A stretch of DNA of 63,108 bases from an uncultured archaeon (GCA_964632315.1 CAZWEM010000022.1:1-63108); one strand, 5' to 3'; shown: positions 31,059-41,851, numbered from the stretch's first letter. Made by a program: numbers and translations. The notes: generated by a model not told the origin, from the letters alone.

Positions 31059-31304
31059 TTGTTATTTTTTTATGACAAACCCGGTTTTGATGAAGGCTTA
31101 GGAACCTTCTTATTAACTCCTTTTATGATGGGAGTTCTTGTTTTAATCTATTTTGCTATTGGAGTAGTGCTAGCATTATGGGTTTATTCAAACGCTAAAA
31201 AGAGAAACATGAAATCCCGTAATTGGTTAATAGCAACTATATTCAGTGGTTTCATTGGTTTTCTAGTATATTTAACCATCCGAGACCCTATACAACAACA
31301 ATAA
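31059..31304 (+). CDS. Small 2-TM membrane protein (PLD N-terminal-like)
   Basis: WVYSNAKKR...W...G..G..VYL pattern; GAGGGA RBS. Confidence 0.6.
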   Translation: MLFFYDKPGFDEGLGTFLLTPFMMGVLVLIYFAIGVVLALWVYSNAKKRNMKSRNWLIATIFSGFIGFLVYLTIRDPIQQQ

Positions 31305-31389
31305 ATACAAGCATCTAAAACGATGAAATTATGACATTGATAATTAAAAGAAGCAAATTTAAATAAGGGATTTTATAAATCAATGTAAC

Positions 31390-32373
31390 GTGATATTAAT
31401 GGAGAATCGTGGAATCTTTTATACATTTAGAATTTTCTTTATAGGTTTTCTTATAATTAATTTAATAATAATTGCTCCAATCTCAATGAACTTTAAAACG
31501 CGAATTCAAATTTTATCTCCAAAGTCGTCCAATTTTTGGATTATCAATCAACAAATACATATAAATAATAACTGGACAGATAGTGTTGCTTCTTATGGCT
31601 TTATTACTGGAGCAGGCACTTTAAACAACCCCTATACGATTGAGAATGTAACTATTAAAAATAATTTGAGAGGTTATTCTATTGTTATTGAAAACTCGAA
31701 CGATTATTTTATGGTGCGAAATTGCACAATTAAGAATTCTGGTTTTTCAGCTACCGATGTTCAAGTAAAAATTATAAATTCATCTAACGGGATTTTAATT
31801 AATAATACCATCTCTTCCAATGTAGGCTCAGGAATATACTTAATTCGTAGTTATAACAATTCGGTTTTAGATAATGTAATTGTAAACAATACTCATATTG
31901 GCGTTGGATTAAATGAAAGTGATAATAATATTCTTAAAAATAATAAAGTACTATATCATGGCAACGAAACTATAAGTGGATTCGGGATTAGCTTAATACT
32001 AAGCAATAATAATAGCATTTCGAAAAACAAGGCATCATATAATACTGCAATTGGAATCCTTTTATATAATAGTAGTTATAATAATATTACTTCAAATTCG
32101 GCTCATAAAAATTATCAAGGCATTTTATTAAGTCATGGTTCTAATTATAATAATGTAATTGGCAACGATTTAAGCGGCAATGATTACTGTTATAGCGTGG
32201 ATAGCGATTCTAAAGGAAATATGCTCACAGATAATTACTGTGGATCGATAGGATTCGAATATTACTTCTTTATTATCATATTCGGGATAGTTTTTATAGC
32301 TTCGGTGACGGGGCTGATTATTGTTGTAAGAAAACGTAGAAAAATTAAAAAAGAAGAGAAAAAATTAAGATAA
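31390..32373 (+). CDS. Cell-surface right-handed beta-helix (NosD/PbH1) protein with C-terminal TM anchor
   Basis: N-terminal signal, NPYTIEN, repeated GI.L..S.NN, C-terminal TM plus basic tail. Confidence 0.85.
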   Translation: MILMENRGIFYTFRIFFIGFLIINLIIIAPISMNFKTRIQILSPKSSNFWIINQQIHINNNWTDSVASYGFITGAGTLNNPYTIENVTIKNNLRGYSIVIENSNDYFMVRNCTIKNSGFSATDVQVKIINSSNGILINNTISSNVGSGIYLIRSYNNSVLDNVIVNNTHIGVGLNESDNNILKNNKVLYHGNETISGFGISLILSNNNSISKNKASYNTAIGILLYNSSYNNITSNSAHKNYQGILLSHGSNYNNVIGNDLSGNDYCYSVDSDSKGNMLTDNYCGSIGFEYYFFIIIFGIVFIASVTGLIIVVRKRRKIKKEEKKLR

Positions 32374-32411
32374 ATTTTATCTTAATTATAAAATAAATTA
32401 ATTTTTATATT

Positions 32412-33347
32412 CTAATTAGCATTATCGATAACTTCCATGAGCTTTGGGAAGATTCGGGGATAATGAACCGCCATACAATGAATTCCATCAAGTAAATTCT
32501 TCTTTCTGAGCTCAGTAATGAATGGTTTGAAGAATTCATAATTAGCTTGATCATACGCTTCTTTCTGCATCTTCTTATCGGTATAATCTTTTTTAATGGA
32601 TTTCCATCGAGAGAGAATGTCTTTTGGAACACTCACACCTGGAACAAATTCATCGAAACCTTTAGCTATGGCATAGGATTTCATTGGGAATATTCCAAGT
32701 AAGACTGGAACTTTATATTTTTTAATTTCAGTTAAAAATTCAATAGTTTTATCTAAGTCATAAACGACTTGGGTTTGAATAAATTCTGCTCCAGCCTCAG
32801 CTTTTCTTCCAATCTTTAAAATTTCTGATTCTACAGGGTTAGCATTTGGATTTGCTGCACCCCCTACATGTAAGGTTGGAGGGGCTTCTATCTCGTGACC
32901 ATTAATTGATCCTTTATCAACCATCTCTCTTACGAGTTTTATTAATGTTGCTGAATCTAGATCGAAAACGGGTTTAGATTCTGGCATATCACCTAATGCA
33001 GTATGATCTCCCGTTAAAGAAAGTACATTCCGAATACCTAAAGCATGTGCCCCCATCATCATACCTGCTATACCTAACTTATTGACATCTCTAACTGTTA
33101 ACTGCCAAATGCATTCTAAATTAGATTCTTTTTGGATAAGGTGGGTTGCTGCCATACTATTAATAGTAACAATTCCTAATGGACTATCAGTTACATTAGC
33201 CGCTACTACATAAGGAGCCATTTCCCTTGCTTCTTCAATCGTATGGCTGAGGTCCGTCGTCTTTTCAGGCTCAAGTTCTCCCGTTAAAATGAATTCACCA
33301 TTTGCAATTTTTTCCCCTAATTTTGAATATACTTTTTTCACTGCCAT
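32412..33347 (-). CDS. metF: Methylenetetrahydrofolate reductase, copy 1
   Basis: ELEP, NVTD, RDVN, LTGD, KAEAGAEFIQTQ; ATG at 33347 behind GGAGGT. Confidence 0.88.
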   Translation of the reverse strand: MAVKKVYSKLGEKIANGEFILTGELEPEKTTDLSHTIEEAREMAPYVVAANVTDSPLGIVTINSMAATHLIQKESNLECIWQLTVRDVNKLGIAGMMMGAHALGIRNVLSLTGDHTALGDMPESKPVFDLDSATLIKLVREMVDKGSINGHEIEAPPTLHVGGAANPNANPVESEILKIGRKAEAGAEFIQTQVVYDLDKTIEFLTEIKKYKVPVLLGIFPMKSYAIAKGFDEFVPGVSVPKDILSRWKSIKKDYTDKKMQKEAYDQANYEFFKPFITELRKKNLLDGIHCMAVHYPRIFPKLMEVIDNAN

Positions 33348-33354
33348 GATTAAT

Positions 33355-34020
33355 CTACCTCCATACAACTTCTCTTTGATGTCCTGATTCACTCCAATCA
33401 ACAGGATCACGAAGTTTAGAATAAAGATCTAAACGTCCCAATTCTTTCAATCGTTTATATATCAAAACCCAACCGCAATCTCGCTCATAATTCCCAACCT
33501 CGCATTTCCCATCAACCATACCGCCACAAGGGCCATTCATGAGCGATTTCGCACATGTAGTAATTGGACATATTCCACCAGTTTCATTCAAAAGACAATC
33601 CCCACACCCACGACATCGCATGTAAAAACGACCGATCCTTTCAGTCATCCCCATAAATTCTGTATTTGTGCCAATAAAAACAGGAATCTGTGGAAATTTT
33701 TTCGCAAGCACGTCTGTAATGCTCGCTACTCCTAATCCACAACTTAAAGTTAAGATCGCGTCAGTTTGCTCGAGTTCTTCTTCAATTTGTCTAAAATCTT
33801 TTTTCATTACTCTATTATCACATACTTCTTCAGGTACGATTACGGTAGTTATATTAAATCCTTCCGCTTCTAATTTTTCCGCCATTTCTTTAGCTCCTTC
33901 CGTACCCCCCGTTTGGCACATAGCAGCACAACTTGCACAAGAAACGATTGTGATATTCTTAGTATGCTTTATTGCGCTTAAGATTTCCTCAAAAGGCTTT
34001 TTTGTGGTAATTATTGTCAA
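33355..34020 (-). CDS. metV: MetV (MTHFR Fe-S/Zn subunit), copy 1
   Basis: CASCAAMC, CRGCGDC..TGGICP..CAKSLMNGPCGG..CEV..C.W; TTG start behind GAGGT. Confidence 0.88.
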   Translation of the reverse strand: MTIITTKKPFEEILSAIKHTKNITIVSCASCAAMCQTGGTEGAKEMAEKLEAEGFNITTVIVPEEVCDNRVMKKDFRQIEEELEQTDAILTLSCGLGVASITDVLAKKFPQIPVFIGTNTEFMGMTERIGRFYMRCRGCGDCLLNETGGICPITTCAKSLMNGPCGGMVDGKCEVGNYERDCGWVLIYKRLKELGRLDLYSKLRDPVDWSESGHQREVVWR

Positions 34021-34266
34021 GTTTCTTACCTCAATATTGAATTAATCAATGAGACTTATATAGAAAATAAAAATTAAGAACTGCATTAAAAGTTAATTAT
34101 TAATTTTGATAATTCGTATGACAAATTATCTAAATGCAATGACTAATTCAATAATCATTTGTATAATATTCTTCATAATTTTTAGGTTTTTTAAAATAAA
34201 ACTAAAAAAAATCGAATATCTAAAAAAGCTAAAATAAGGATATTTTTAAGTCTTGAACCTTGAAAG

Positions 34267-35889
34267 CTATTTTGAGTCAAAATATTGTTTATAATCCTTA
34301 CTGGTTGCTTTCCTGACTGAGGATGACAATCCACAATTTTCACAATATTTATTTGAATCCGTAAATGATGAGCAATTTTCACAGAAATACTTGTACGTCT
34401 TTTTATAAAGCTTGATTCGTTGTTTAAATTTTTTTTCTACTCTTGATTTAGGTTTAACACGTACATAATAGAAAATGACAATTATTGAGACAAATGCGAT
34501 TAAAGAGATTATAATTATGATGATAATCATATCTGTTGTTAATAAAGGTAATGTTGTTAACCCTTTGGCATAATAAATATCTAATTCATTATTTCTTCCA
34601 TCTGTCCACACCACGTGTGGAATGTTATCTTTATCTAATTGTGTGGCAAAATATTCACCTGGTCGCATAAAGTCACTTGAAGTAAATGAATCTGCTATTA
34701 CAATTTGATCTGAAAAAACTGGTTTATCCCTGCTTGTCCCGTTAAATTGAAGTGTACGATAGTAGGGCCGATAATAACCATTAATTTCGTGGTAATATAC
34801 AAAGTGAAGTTTTCCTTCAGAATCTATTGTTAAATCAGGGTTCCATTGATTCCCTTGGACAGAAGGATTAATCCGAATTCGATTACTCCATGTCTCACCC
34901 CAATCATCAGAATAACGCAAATAAACGTCAAAAGTGTCATAAACTTGATCGTATTTATCCGCCCAGACCAAATAAAGGCGACCAAAAGAGTCAAATTTGA
35001 TTAATGGGAGTGTAACTTTACCTGGAGATTCAATAGCACTGTAATTTCCATCAACATTAATCATTTTTGGTGGTTCAAATGAAATGCCTTTATCAGTGCT
35101 TTTAGAGAAATATATGTTCCCTCCTTCTGGAGGGACCCAACTCCAGGCTACAAAAATATCATTTGAAGCATTCACGTTAATGTAAGGACCCAAGAAATAT
35201 TGATCTGATCCAATTATAGAGAACTCTTCATAAGAATTACCACGATCCAATGAACGAGCAATTTTAACTGTGGCATTTCCATTTTCATCTAAGTCAACAT
35301 CATCGTATGCTAAATAAACGATATTATCTTCCCCCACGACAAATGTTTCCTTATCTGCAAAATACGTATTATTTGTAGCTTTTACTGGCATCCAATTAAC
35401 TCCATTATCATTGCTTTTAGCAACAGTCATTTGACTCAAGTATCCTCCATTCGGGTTGTTGAAATAATTAGCTTCATATTCTAAATAAGCATAATAAAGC
35501 GTATCATTATACCAATATAACCAAGGATCCGATTGACGTGTAAATAATCCACCATACATGGGCATGTCATAGGGAGCACTCCATGATGCTCCATTATCAA
35601 GAGAACGCACAAAACTTACTCTTGCTCCCCCACCGTAATGTGTTTCTGCATTTTTCCAACCCGCAAATAGAACCCCAGTATCCGAAATAGCCATTGATAC
35701 TTCAACATGATGTGCATAATTATTATCATCAGTAGATAGTAATATGTTGTTTGAAAAGCCAAGAATTTTCTTCTCGCTAGCTTCATTTAAGGGGAAACTA
35801 CATGATAGAACTGGATTCAAGGAAACACTCAAAAATGGGACTATAAAAAAAAGACATAAAACTCCATAAAAATAATTTCTCTTACGCAT
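34267..35889 (-). CDS. Secreted BNR/Asp-box (sialidase-like) beta-propeller with TM and cytoplasmic zinc ribbon
   Basis: Signal peptide; Asp-boxes SLDNGASW, SNDNGVNW, SLDRGNSY, STDKGISF, SDDWGETW; TM; CENC...CENC. Confidence 0.85.
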   Translation of the reverse strand: MRKRNYFYGVLCLFFIVPFLSVSLNPVLSCSFPLNEASEKKILGFSNNILLSTDDNNYAHHVEVSMAISDTGVLFAGWKNAETHYGGGARVSFVRSLDNGASWSAPYDMPMYGGLFTRQSDPWLYWYNDTLYYAYLEYEANYFNNPNGGYLSQMTVAKSNDNGVNWMPVKATNNTYFADKETFVVGEDNIVYLAYDDVDLDENGNATVKIARSLDRGNSYEEFSIIGSDQYFLGPYINVNASNDIFVAWSWVPPEGGNIYFSKSTDKGISFEPPKMINVDGNYSAIESPGKVTLPLIKFDSFGRLYLVWADKYDQVYDTFDVYLRYSDDWGETWSNRIRINPSVQGNQWNPDLTIDSEGKLHFVYYHEINGYYRPYYRTLQFNGTSRDKPVFSDQIVIADSFTSSDFMRPGEYFATQLDKDNIPHVVWTDGRNNELDIYYAKGLTTLPLLTTDMIIIIIIISLIAFVSIIVIFYYVRVKPKSRVEKKFKQRIKLYKKTYKYFCENCSSFTDSNKYCENCGLSSSVRKATSKDYKQYFDSK

Positions 35890-36049
35890 TATAATTTAGG
35901 GGTTGTTTTTTCTTAGAAAAACCAAGTAAACTTATATTCTTTATCAACTAATTTTGGTCTTTTTAAGTTTAATTTCAAAAAAAAGAATCTGTTCATCTCA
36001 TTCTTTAGTAACTTTAATGGAAATTCTTGAACAAAGGCAGTTAATATTA

Positions 36050-38074
36050 TTAAAAGATGGTGAACAATAAAAAGCTAAAATTCACTATTCCACCGATAAG
36101 TAAAGCAAGGCTTATTTCTAAGAATGAGATTTGTATAGCGTACTTCCAACTGGTTTGTTTAGCAATAATGATAATTGTAGCAAAACAAGGAATGTATAGC
36201 ATTGTAACTAGACTAAAAGTGATCATTTGGAAGGGATTCAGCAATTGCGTGATGGTCAAGCCAATATTTTCAGCAAAAATTGCTAGTAATACTAATGTAA
36301 GTTCTTTTCTTAAAATTCCATAGATAAGAAATATTCCAGTTACTGCTGGCAAACCTAACCAAAATACTGTAATAGGAGATAAGATGAGATTAACAGGTTC
36401 TAATACACGGAACAAGAATAAAACCTCTAAGATGATCCCAAGGATTATAATAATTGGAAGCGCTCTAAAAATAAATTCTTTGGATCTTACCCAAGTTTGT
36501 TTAAATATTACCTTGTAATTGGGGGTTCGATATGCATGCATTTCCATTATTAGTTCCGTGCAAGCACCAGGCATTGTTTTATTTAGAATTCGTCCCACAA
36601 TCAAAATTGTTCCGAAGTTAATAATAAATAAAACTAATACCCATCCGAGGCCCACATATCTCCCAACTAACCCCATAACGACAGTCATTACAGCTGCACA
36701 TGGAATAAGTGAGGTTAAAGCAATTGAAATCTTCTTTTCTCTTTCAGTCTCCATGATCCTACATCCAGCACAAGCAGGGACATTACAACCAAATCCTAAA
36801 ACCATTGTAATTACCGTTTTACCGTGTACTCCTAATACATGCATTATTTTATCCATCATAAAGGCGGCTCTAGGGAGATATCCTGAATCTTGTAATAATT
36901 CAATAGTAAAGAAAAAAGGTATGACATAGACCAAAACTCCTGATACTGCTCCTATAAATCCCCCCATTGCTCCATCCCATAAAATTTTAACTAAAAGATT
37001 AGTATCAGGAAATAATTCATAAACTTGTGCTGTCCACATTGAATATGAATTATTAAGTAAATCGCCTAAATAATTTCCAATTGTGAACGTGAATAAGTAA
37101 ATCCCCAATAGCACCATAATTAATATAAAATATCCCCAAATAGAATGAGTAGTAAGATGATCAACAATATCAGCAAAGTTCTTCCCTTTTATACCTTCGA
37201 CTTCTTTTTCTATTAATACTTTTTCAGTTACTTTAATTATATTGTTATAGATCTCCGAAGAGATAATAGTATTAATATCCTCTCCATGTAATTCTTCTAA
37301 TTCATTTCTCAGAGATTTTATCTTATTAATTACTGGAAAGTTTAACAGCTTTTCAACATAATTAATCAAATTATCATCATTTTCCAATAATTTTATAGCA
37401 AGAAACCTAGCGGGATACTGAGATTTAGATTCAAAATCAGAGAGATTATTCAATTCTTCAATTATTATATTTATTTTATCCTCAATTTCCTTTCCAAAAG
37501 AGGTCAAATCTGGTGATGGAACACATTTATTCCTATTTTCTACCAAGAATATTGACTCTTCCAGTAGCTTATGAACGCCAACTCCATGGACAGCAACTAT
37601 AGGAACGACTGGACAATCAAAAAATTGTTTTAATTTCTTGAAATCCAGATCCCTTTTTCTTTTTCTTAGTAAATCCATTTGATTGAATGCAATTATTAAG
37701 GGGACTTTCAATTCCAGTAATTGAAGAGTTAAAAATAGGTTCCTTTCCAAGTTGGTGACATCTACTACGTTGATTATGAGATCTACCTCATCAGATACGA
37801 TATATTCTCTAGATACAATTTCTTCTAAGCTAAATGTAGAGAGAGAATATATTCCGGGCAGATCGACTAAGTTAAAATGATAACCTAAGAATTCTAAGTG
37901 CCCTTCCATTCGCTCAACAGTTTTTCCAGGCCAATTTCCCACTGTTTGGGATAAACCCGTAAGTTGGTTAAATATCACAGATTTTCCTACATTAGGATTT
38001 CCAGCAAGAGCGATGTTAATTTCATTATCATATTTAACTTTTGATTTTTTATTAGGTGGAGTGTGACAACTCAT
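36050..38074 (-). CDS. feoB: Ferrous iron transporter B
   Basis: GNPNVGKS, NWPGKTVE, DLPG, GFGCNVP, LYIPC. Confidence 0.95.
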   Translation of the reverse strand: MSCHTPPNKKSKVKYDNEINIALAGNPNVGKSVIFNQLTGLSQTVGNWPGKTVERMEGHLEFLGYHFNLVDLPGIYSLSTFSLEEIVSREYIVSDEVDLIINVVDVTNLERNLFLTLQLLELKVPLIIAFNQMDLLRKRKRDLDFKKLKQFFDCPVVPIVAVHGVGVHKLLEESIFLVENRNKCVPSPDLTSFGKEIEDKINIIIEELNNLSDFESKSQYPARFLAIKLLENDDNLINYVEKLLNFPVINKIKSLRNELEELHGEDINTIISSEIYNNIIKVTEKVLIEKEVEGIKGKNFADIVDHLTTHSIWGYFILIMVLLGIYLFTFTIGNYLGDLLNNSYSMWTAQVYELFPDTNLLVKILWDGAMGGFIGAVSGVLVYVIPFFFTIELLQDSGYLPRAAFMMDKIMHVLGVHGKTVITMVLGFGCNVPACAGCRIMETEREKKISIALTSLIPCAAVMTVVMGLVGRYVGLGWVLVLFIINFGTILIVGRILNKTMPGACTELIMEMHAYRTPNYKVIFKQTWVRSKEFIFRALPIIIILGIILEVLFLFRVLEPVNLILSPITVFWLGLPAVTGIFLIYGILRKELTLVLLAIFAENIGLTITQLLNPFQMITFSLVTMLYIPCFATIIIIAKQTSWKYAIQISFLEISLALLIGGIVNFSFLLFTIF

Positions 38075-38116
38075 TACTATTACCGTTGGGATTTATATAA
38101 ATTAAAAAGATTAAAA

Positions 38117-38422
38117 TTAGCTAATGCAATTATCTTTACAAAGAACCATTATTTTGTTAGCTAAACCACGACCAATAACAAGAGAAGTACCTCTTACGAT
38201 GATTTCTAAGGGCCCATTCCATGGTGCTGATTTTTTTTTAATAATTTTAGTACCTGGAAATACCCCTAGATGGGCTAATCTTTGTTTAGCTCTATATCCA
38301 GCTTGAATCTCTACGACCTCAAGTTGCTCCCCTTTCTCGCAATCAGTCAAACATTTTAAAAGGGGCACGTATTTTTTAGTGTCTTGTTGGATTAACCTAT
38401 GTCTTCTATGTCTACCATGCAT
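38117..38422 (-). CDS. feoA: Ferrous iron transport protein A
   Basis: RLAHLGVFPG..AP..GP..RG..L; directly upstream of feoB. Confidence 0.92.
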   Translation of the reverse strand: MHGRHRRHRLIQQDTKKYVPLLKCLTDCEKGEQLEVVEIQAGYRAKQRLAHLGVFPGTKIIKKKSAPWNGPLEIIVRGTSLVIGRGLANKIMVLCKDNCIS

Positions 38423-38649
38423 TTTTAGGTTACCTTTCTAGTAAAAATATTGATTGAAACCTTTTAAACTTGTTTGTTATGTCTAATAATGATTATTTTA
38501 TCTTCGAGGAAAAGGTCAAATGATCATCCTTTTCTTCAATAATAAGCGGGATTATGTAGTTTAAAATTCTCTTATTATGTTATCATGTAATTATAACGAA
38601 AAAGAAAGATTATTGATAAAAAAGAATAAAAATTTAATTATTCAAAACG

Positions 38650-40137
38650 CTATAATAATAGCATGGATGATAAAATTCTTGCAATCGGAACTGCAAGACC
38701 CCCGAGCAATGAGCCTAATGAGGTTATTTTCTTGAAATAATCCTTAATATTTTTGGTTACTTTGATGGCCCTCGTTTTTCCTTCAATAATAGTACCGTCT
38801 TCTGACATTAAGAATATTTGGATTGTTTGCTCTCCCAATTCTCTTGGCTCTAACGTTAACCATGTAGTATCCCCATTTTCTAGCATATTCGAAAGTACTC
38901 CCGCGATATCATCCCCTTCAGAAGAAATAAGTGGAATTGAACTCCCTGGAATGATAAAAGTTCCGCGACCTTCTACATTGATATCAAGTAATACTTCACT
39001 TGGATCAAAACCGGGAGCAACAACTTTAAGCTTATATTTTTTGTCTTCAGGTGAGTTATTGTATAAAAACACCATTATATTTAGTTCGCTGTTGACGTAA
39101 GTATACTCCTGGGCACTTGAATCCATATATATTGGATCCTTCGCGATTCGTTCAATGTTATCTGCCAACTCTAATTGAAGTCGATCTATTATATTAAAAA
39201 AGCCTGGATTGAATTTTCTGATATAATCAAATAATTTATAGATGTCTTTAGTGGAAAAGTACCAAGAATTTTCAATCATCAATCCTTTTTCTATATCAAA
39301 ATTAATTGAATCTACATTGATTATTTCCTTTAACTCTCGTGTAAATTGTTCAACATTTAAGACATCTTGATAGCGTAAATAATACAAGAAAAGGATCGCC
39401 TCAACAGCAAAAGTTATCGGTAATTCTCCTTCTTCTTGCTTTTTCACCTTTTCGACAAAAAGAGGGGTTAACAAGTTATTTACCCCAGCAAGATATTCAT
39501 CCCATTTCAAATACGTTACAGGATCAAGGTGATCAGCAATAACTTCAGCAAAAAAGTTATCCAAAAAGATTTGGTGGGTTGTGGGCTTATAAAACTCTTG
39601 TAAGCCATTTACGTCGTGAATATTCAAGTTCAAGCTGCGAATTAAAAGTGCCAATCCAAAACCTACTAAAGCAAAACCAATAGCAGCAAATCCCAATTCT
39701 AAAAAACCAGGAACTAACACCATAAGGAGGAATAAAATCAGCGAGACAATGCAAATCAAGCTAATGAATTTTAAGAGATTAGTCACTCTTTTTACACTAT
39801 TAAAAAGTAAATCGAATCCATCCAAGGAATCAATTGGCCTCCCTCTTTGACGCTCAAAATTTAAACGTAGTTTTAAGGATTTTTCAGTCGTGATTGCCCC
39901 ATTGATTAGTATCAATGAATTTATACCATAGATTAAGAGAACCACTATAAATACTATCTGTAAAGTAGCATCTAAAATAGTATATTCCAATATGGTTAGC
40001 ACAGCCATTACTACTAAAACGAGTGGTAGTATATAGAGTAATAACTTACCCCACTTTGTCATATAATTAACTAATTTTCCCTGTCTTCGCTCTTTTTTAA
40101 TCACTCTATGGAATTGCTTTTCTAAATCTCGTTCCAT
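38650..40137 (-). CDS. Hypothetical membrane protein (4 N-terminal TM, soluble domain, C-terminal hydrophobic tail)
   Basis: 495 aa ORF with AGGT RBS; no motif recognised. Confidence 0.7.
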   Translation of the reverse strand: MERDLEKQFHRVIKKERRQGKLVNYMTKWGKLLLYILPLVLVVMAVLTILEYTILDATLQIVFIVVLLIYGINSLILINGAITTEKSLKLRLNFERQRGRPIDSLDGFDLLFNSVKRVTNLLKFISLICIVSLILFLLMVLVPGFLELGFAAIGFALVGFGLALLIRSLNLNIHDVNGLQEFYKPTTHQIFLDNFFAEVIADHLDPVTYLKWDEYLAGVNNLLTPLFVEKVKKQEEGELPITFAVEAILFLYYLRYQDVLNVEQFTRELKEIINVDSINFDIEKGLMIENSWYFSTKDIYKLFDYIRKFNPGFFNIIDRLQLELADNIERIAKDPIYMDSSAQEYTYVNSELNIMVFLYNNSPEDKKYKLKVVAPGFDPSEVLLDINVEGRGTFIIPGSSIPLISSEGDDIAGVLSNMLENGDTTWLTLEPRELGEQTIQIFLMSEDGTIIEGKTRAIKVTKNIKDYFKKITSLGSLLGGLAVPIARILSSMLLL

Positions 40138-40232
40138 GTCAAATTACCTTTTAAAAATATAAATATCGTATAAATTGAAATATAGACTTGATGCTTAAAT
40201 TATTATTGAAAATTTAAAAATTAAATTAGAGA

Positions 40233-41330
40233 TTAATTTGATTTGATCTCTTTTTTTTTATCAAGAATCTTAGTAAAAAGTTCATCTTCATTTTCAGGAG
40301 GGATATAAACATCCAGCTTTTTTATTAGTTGGATGGCTTCTTCCGGACAACTCGCGACACAATTTCCACATCCAATGCATCTTCTTTTATTTACCTTAGA
40401 GATATCATTTTTCATCTTAATTGCTTCAATTTGACACTTTTCTAGGCAAATACCACATCCCACGCAACTATCCTCATCAATTTCTGCAAAATAATTAGTA
40501 GAAAAAAAGTCAATGGGTTTGGGAAACTCTTTCAAATTGGTTAAAATTCCACAACAACATCCACAACAACTGCAGATGAATTTCGGATCTTTGATATTTT
40601 CTGCCTGAAAAACCAATCCCTCCTCTTGATTTTTGCGTAAGGTTTCAAGAGCTTCTTCACGACTCACTTGCCGACCCCATCCTTCACTAACATACATCTC
40701 AGCCATCTCACCCATTCCAAAGCACGTTTCTAAGCGAGATGTTACTTTACACGTTTCTCCTCCCATTTTATGAGCTTTCCGACAAATGCATTCCATTAAA
40801 GCAAAAGGACCATTTGAATTGCTTATAATATTTTCTAATTCTTCATACGAAGGTAACCCATATTCTGGAGAAATACTTGTTTCCACTGGAACTGTTCTGA
40901 ATTGTGAAATTTTTGTTCCAAATAATTCTATTCCAAATTCTTTCCCCGCATACTCACTTATATCTTCTAAAAATTCTGGAGTAAGCCTTTTCAACTGATA
41001 TTCATACATTCCAATAACAAGATAAGCATTTGCATAATGCTTTTCTCCATCAACATTTCTATAATGTATCGCTCCCTTGCTAACCATAATGTCTAATCTT
41101 TCTTTTAACTCTGAAACACTCATCTTCGTTTTGGATTTTTCATATATCTTATCTAATGGTTCAAATTTATCCGTCAAATATGTAGCTATCAAAGCTTCTT
41201 CAGGATCGAATAAATGTTTTAAAATTCGAATATCAGCTCCCGATTTAGATGCAGGAAATCCAATAGGATATTTATCGAGATGTTCACGTAAATTTATATA
41301 CAATTTTTCTGAATTTAATTTAGATTCCAA
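40233..41330 (-). CDS. 4Fe-4S binding protein with N-terminal wHTH-like region and Cys cluster
   Basis: CICR, CSCCGCCC, two CxxCxxCxxxC motifs. Confidence 0.85.
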   Translation of the reverse strand: MESKLNSEKLYINLREHLDKYPIGFPASKSGADIRILKHLFDPEEALIATYLTDKFEPLDKIYEKSKTKMSVSELKERLDIMVSKGAIHYRNVDGEKHYANAYLVIGMYEYQLKRLTPEFLEDISEYAGKEFGIELFGTKISQFRTVPVETSISPEYGLPSYEELENIISNSNGPFALMECICRKAHKMGGETCKVTSRLETCFGMGEMAEMYVSEGWGRQVSREEALETLRKNQEEGLVFQAENIKDPKFICSCCGCCCGILTNLKEFPKPIDFFSTNYFAEIDEDSCVGCGICLEKCQIEAIKMKNDISKVNKRRCIGCGNCVASCPEEAIQLIKKLDVYIPPENEDELFTKILDKKKEIKSN

Positions 41331-41851
41331 AGTATTCTACCCTTCTATTTATTAAAATTGCGAATATTAATTAAGATACCCCAATTTTTAACATTTTTCT
41401 AATTTATGATACTGCAAGTTTATTAAAAATAAATATTTGAAAATTATTTTATTACGAATTCTATAGGATTATCCATTTCAGATAAATTTAATTTTATTAT
41501 TTGTTTAATAACTATAATTTTTTCCGATTTTTTTTCAATTTTGATCATTAAAAAATTAACAAATTTTCGATTATGTTGACTTTTTTCAAATATTTAATTC
41601 TTATTATTTTTATTTTTTAGTCAAAAAAAGTGCAAAAAAAGTCATATTACGAATTCTTCATAAACTCGAAATGATAAATATGGGATTTAATTCCCCGTAT
41701 AATTGAGAAATCCGGAATTCGTCATTTCTTTTCTCAAATGAGTCGACTTTTCAAAATTACGCTTGAAATCGTAGATTCCGTGAAGGAATTTATCCCAATA
41801 CATTTAAATATCAATCTGTTCATTCATAATTTAATAATAAAAAATTAAAGA

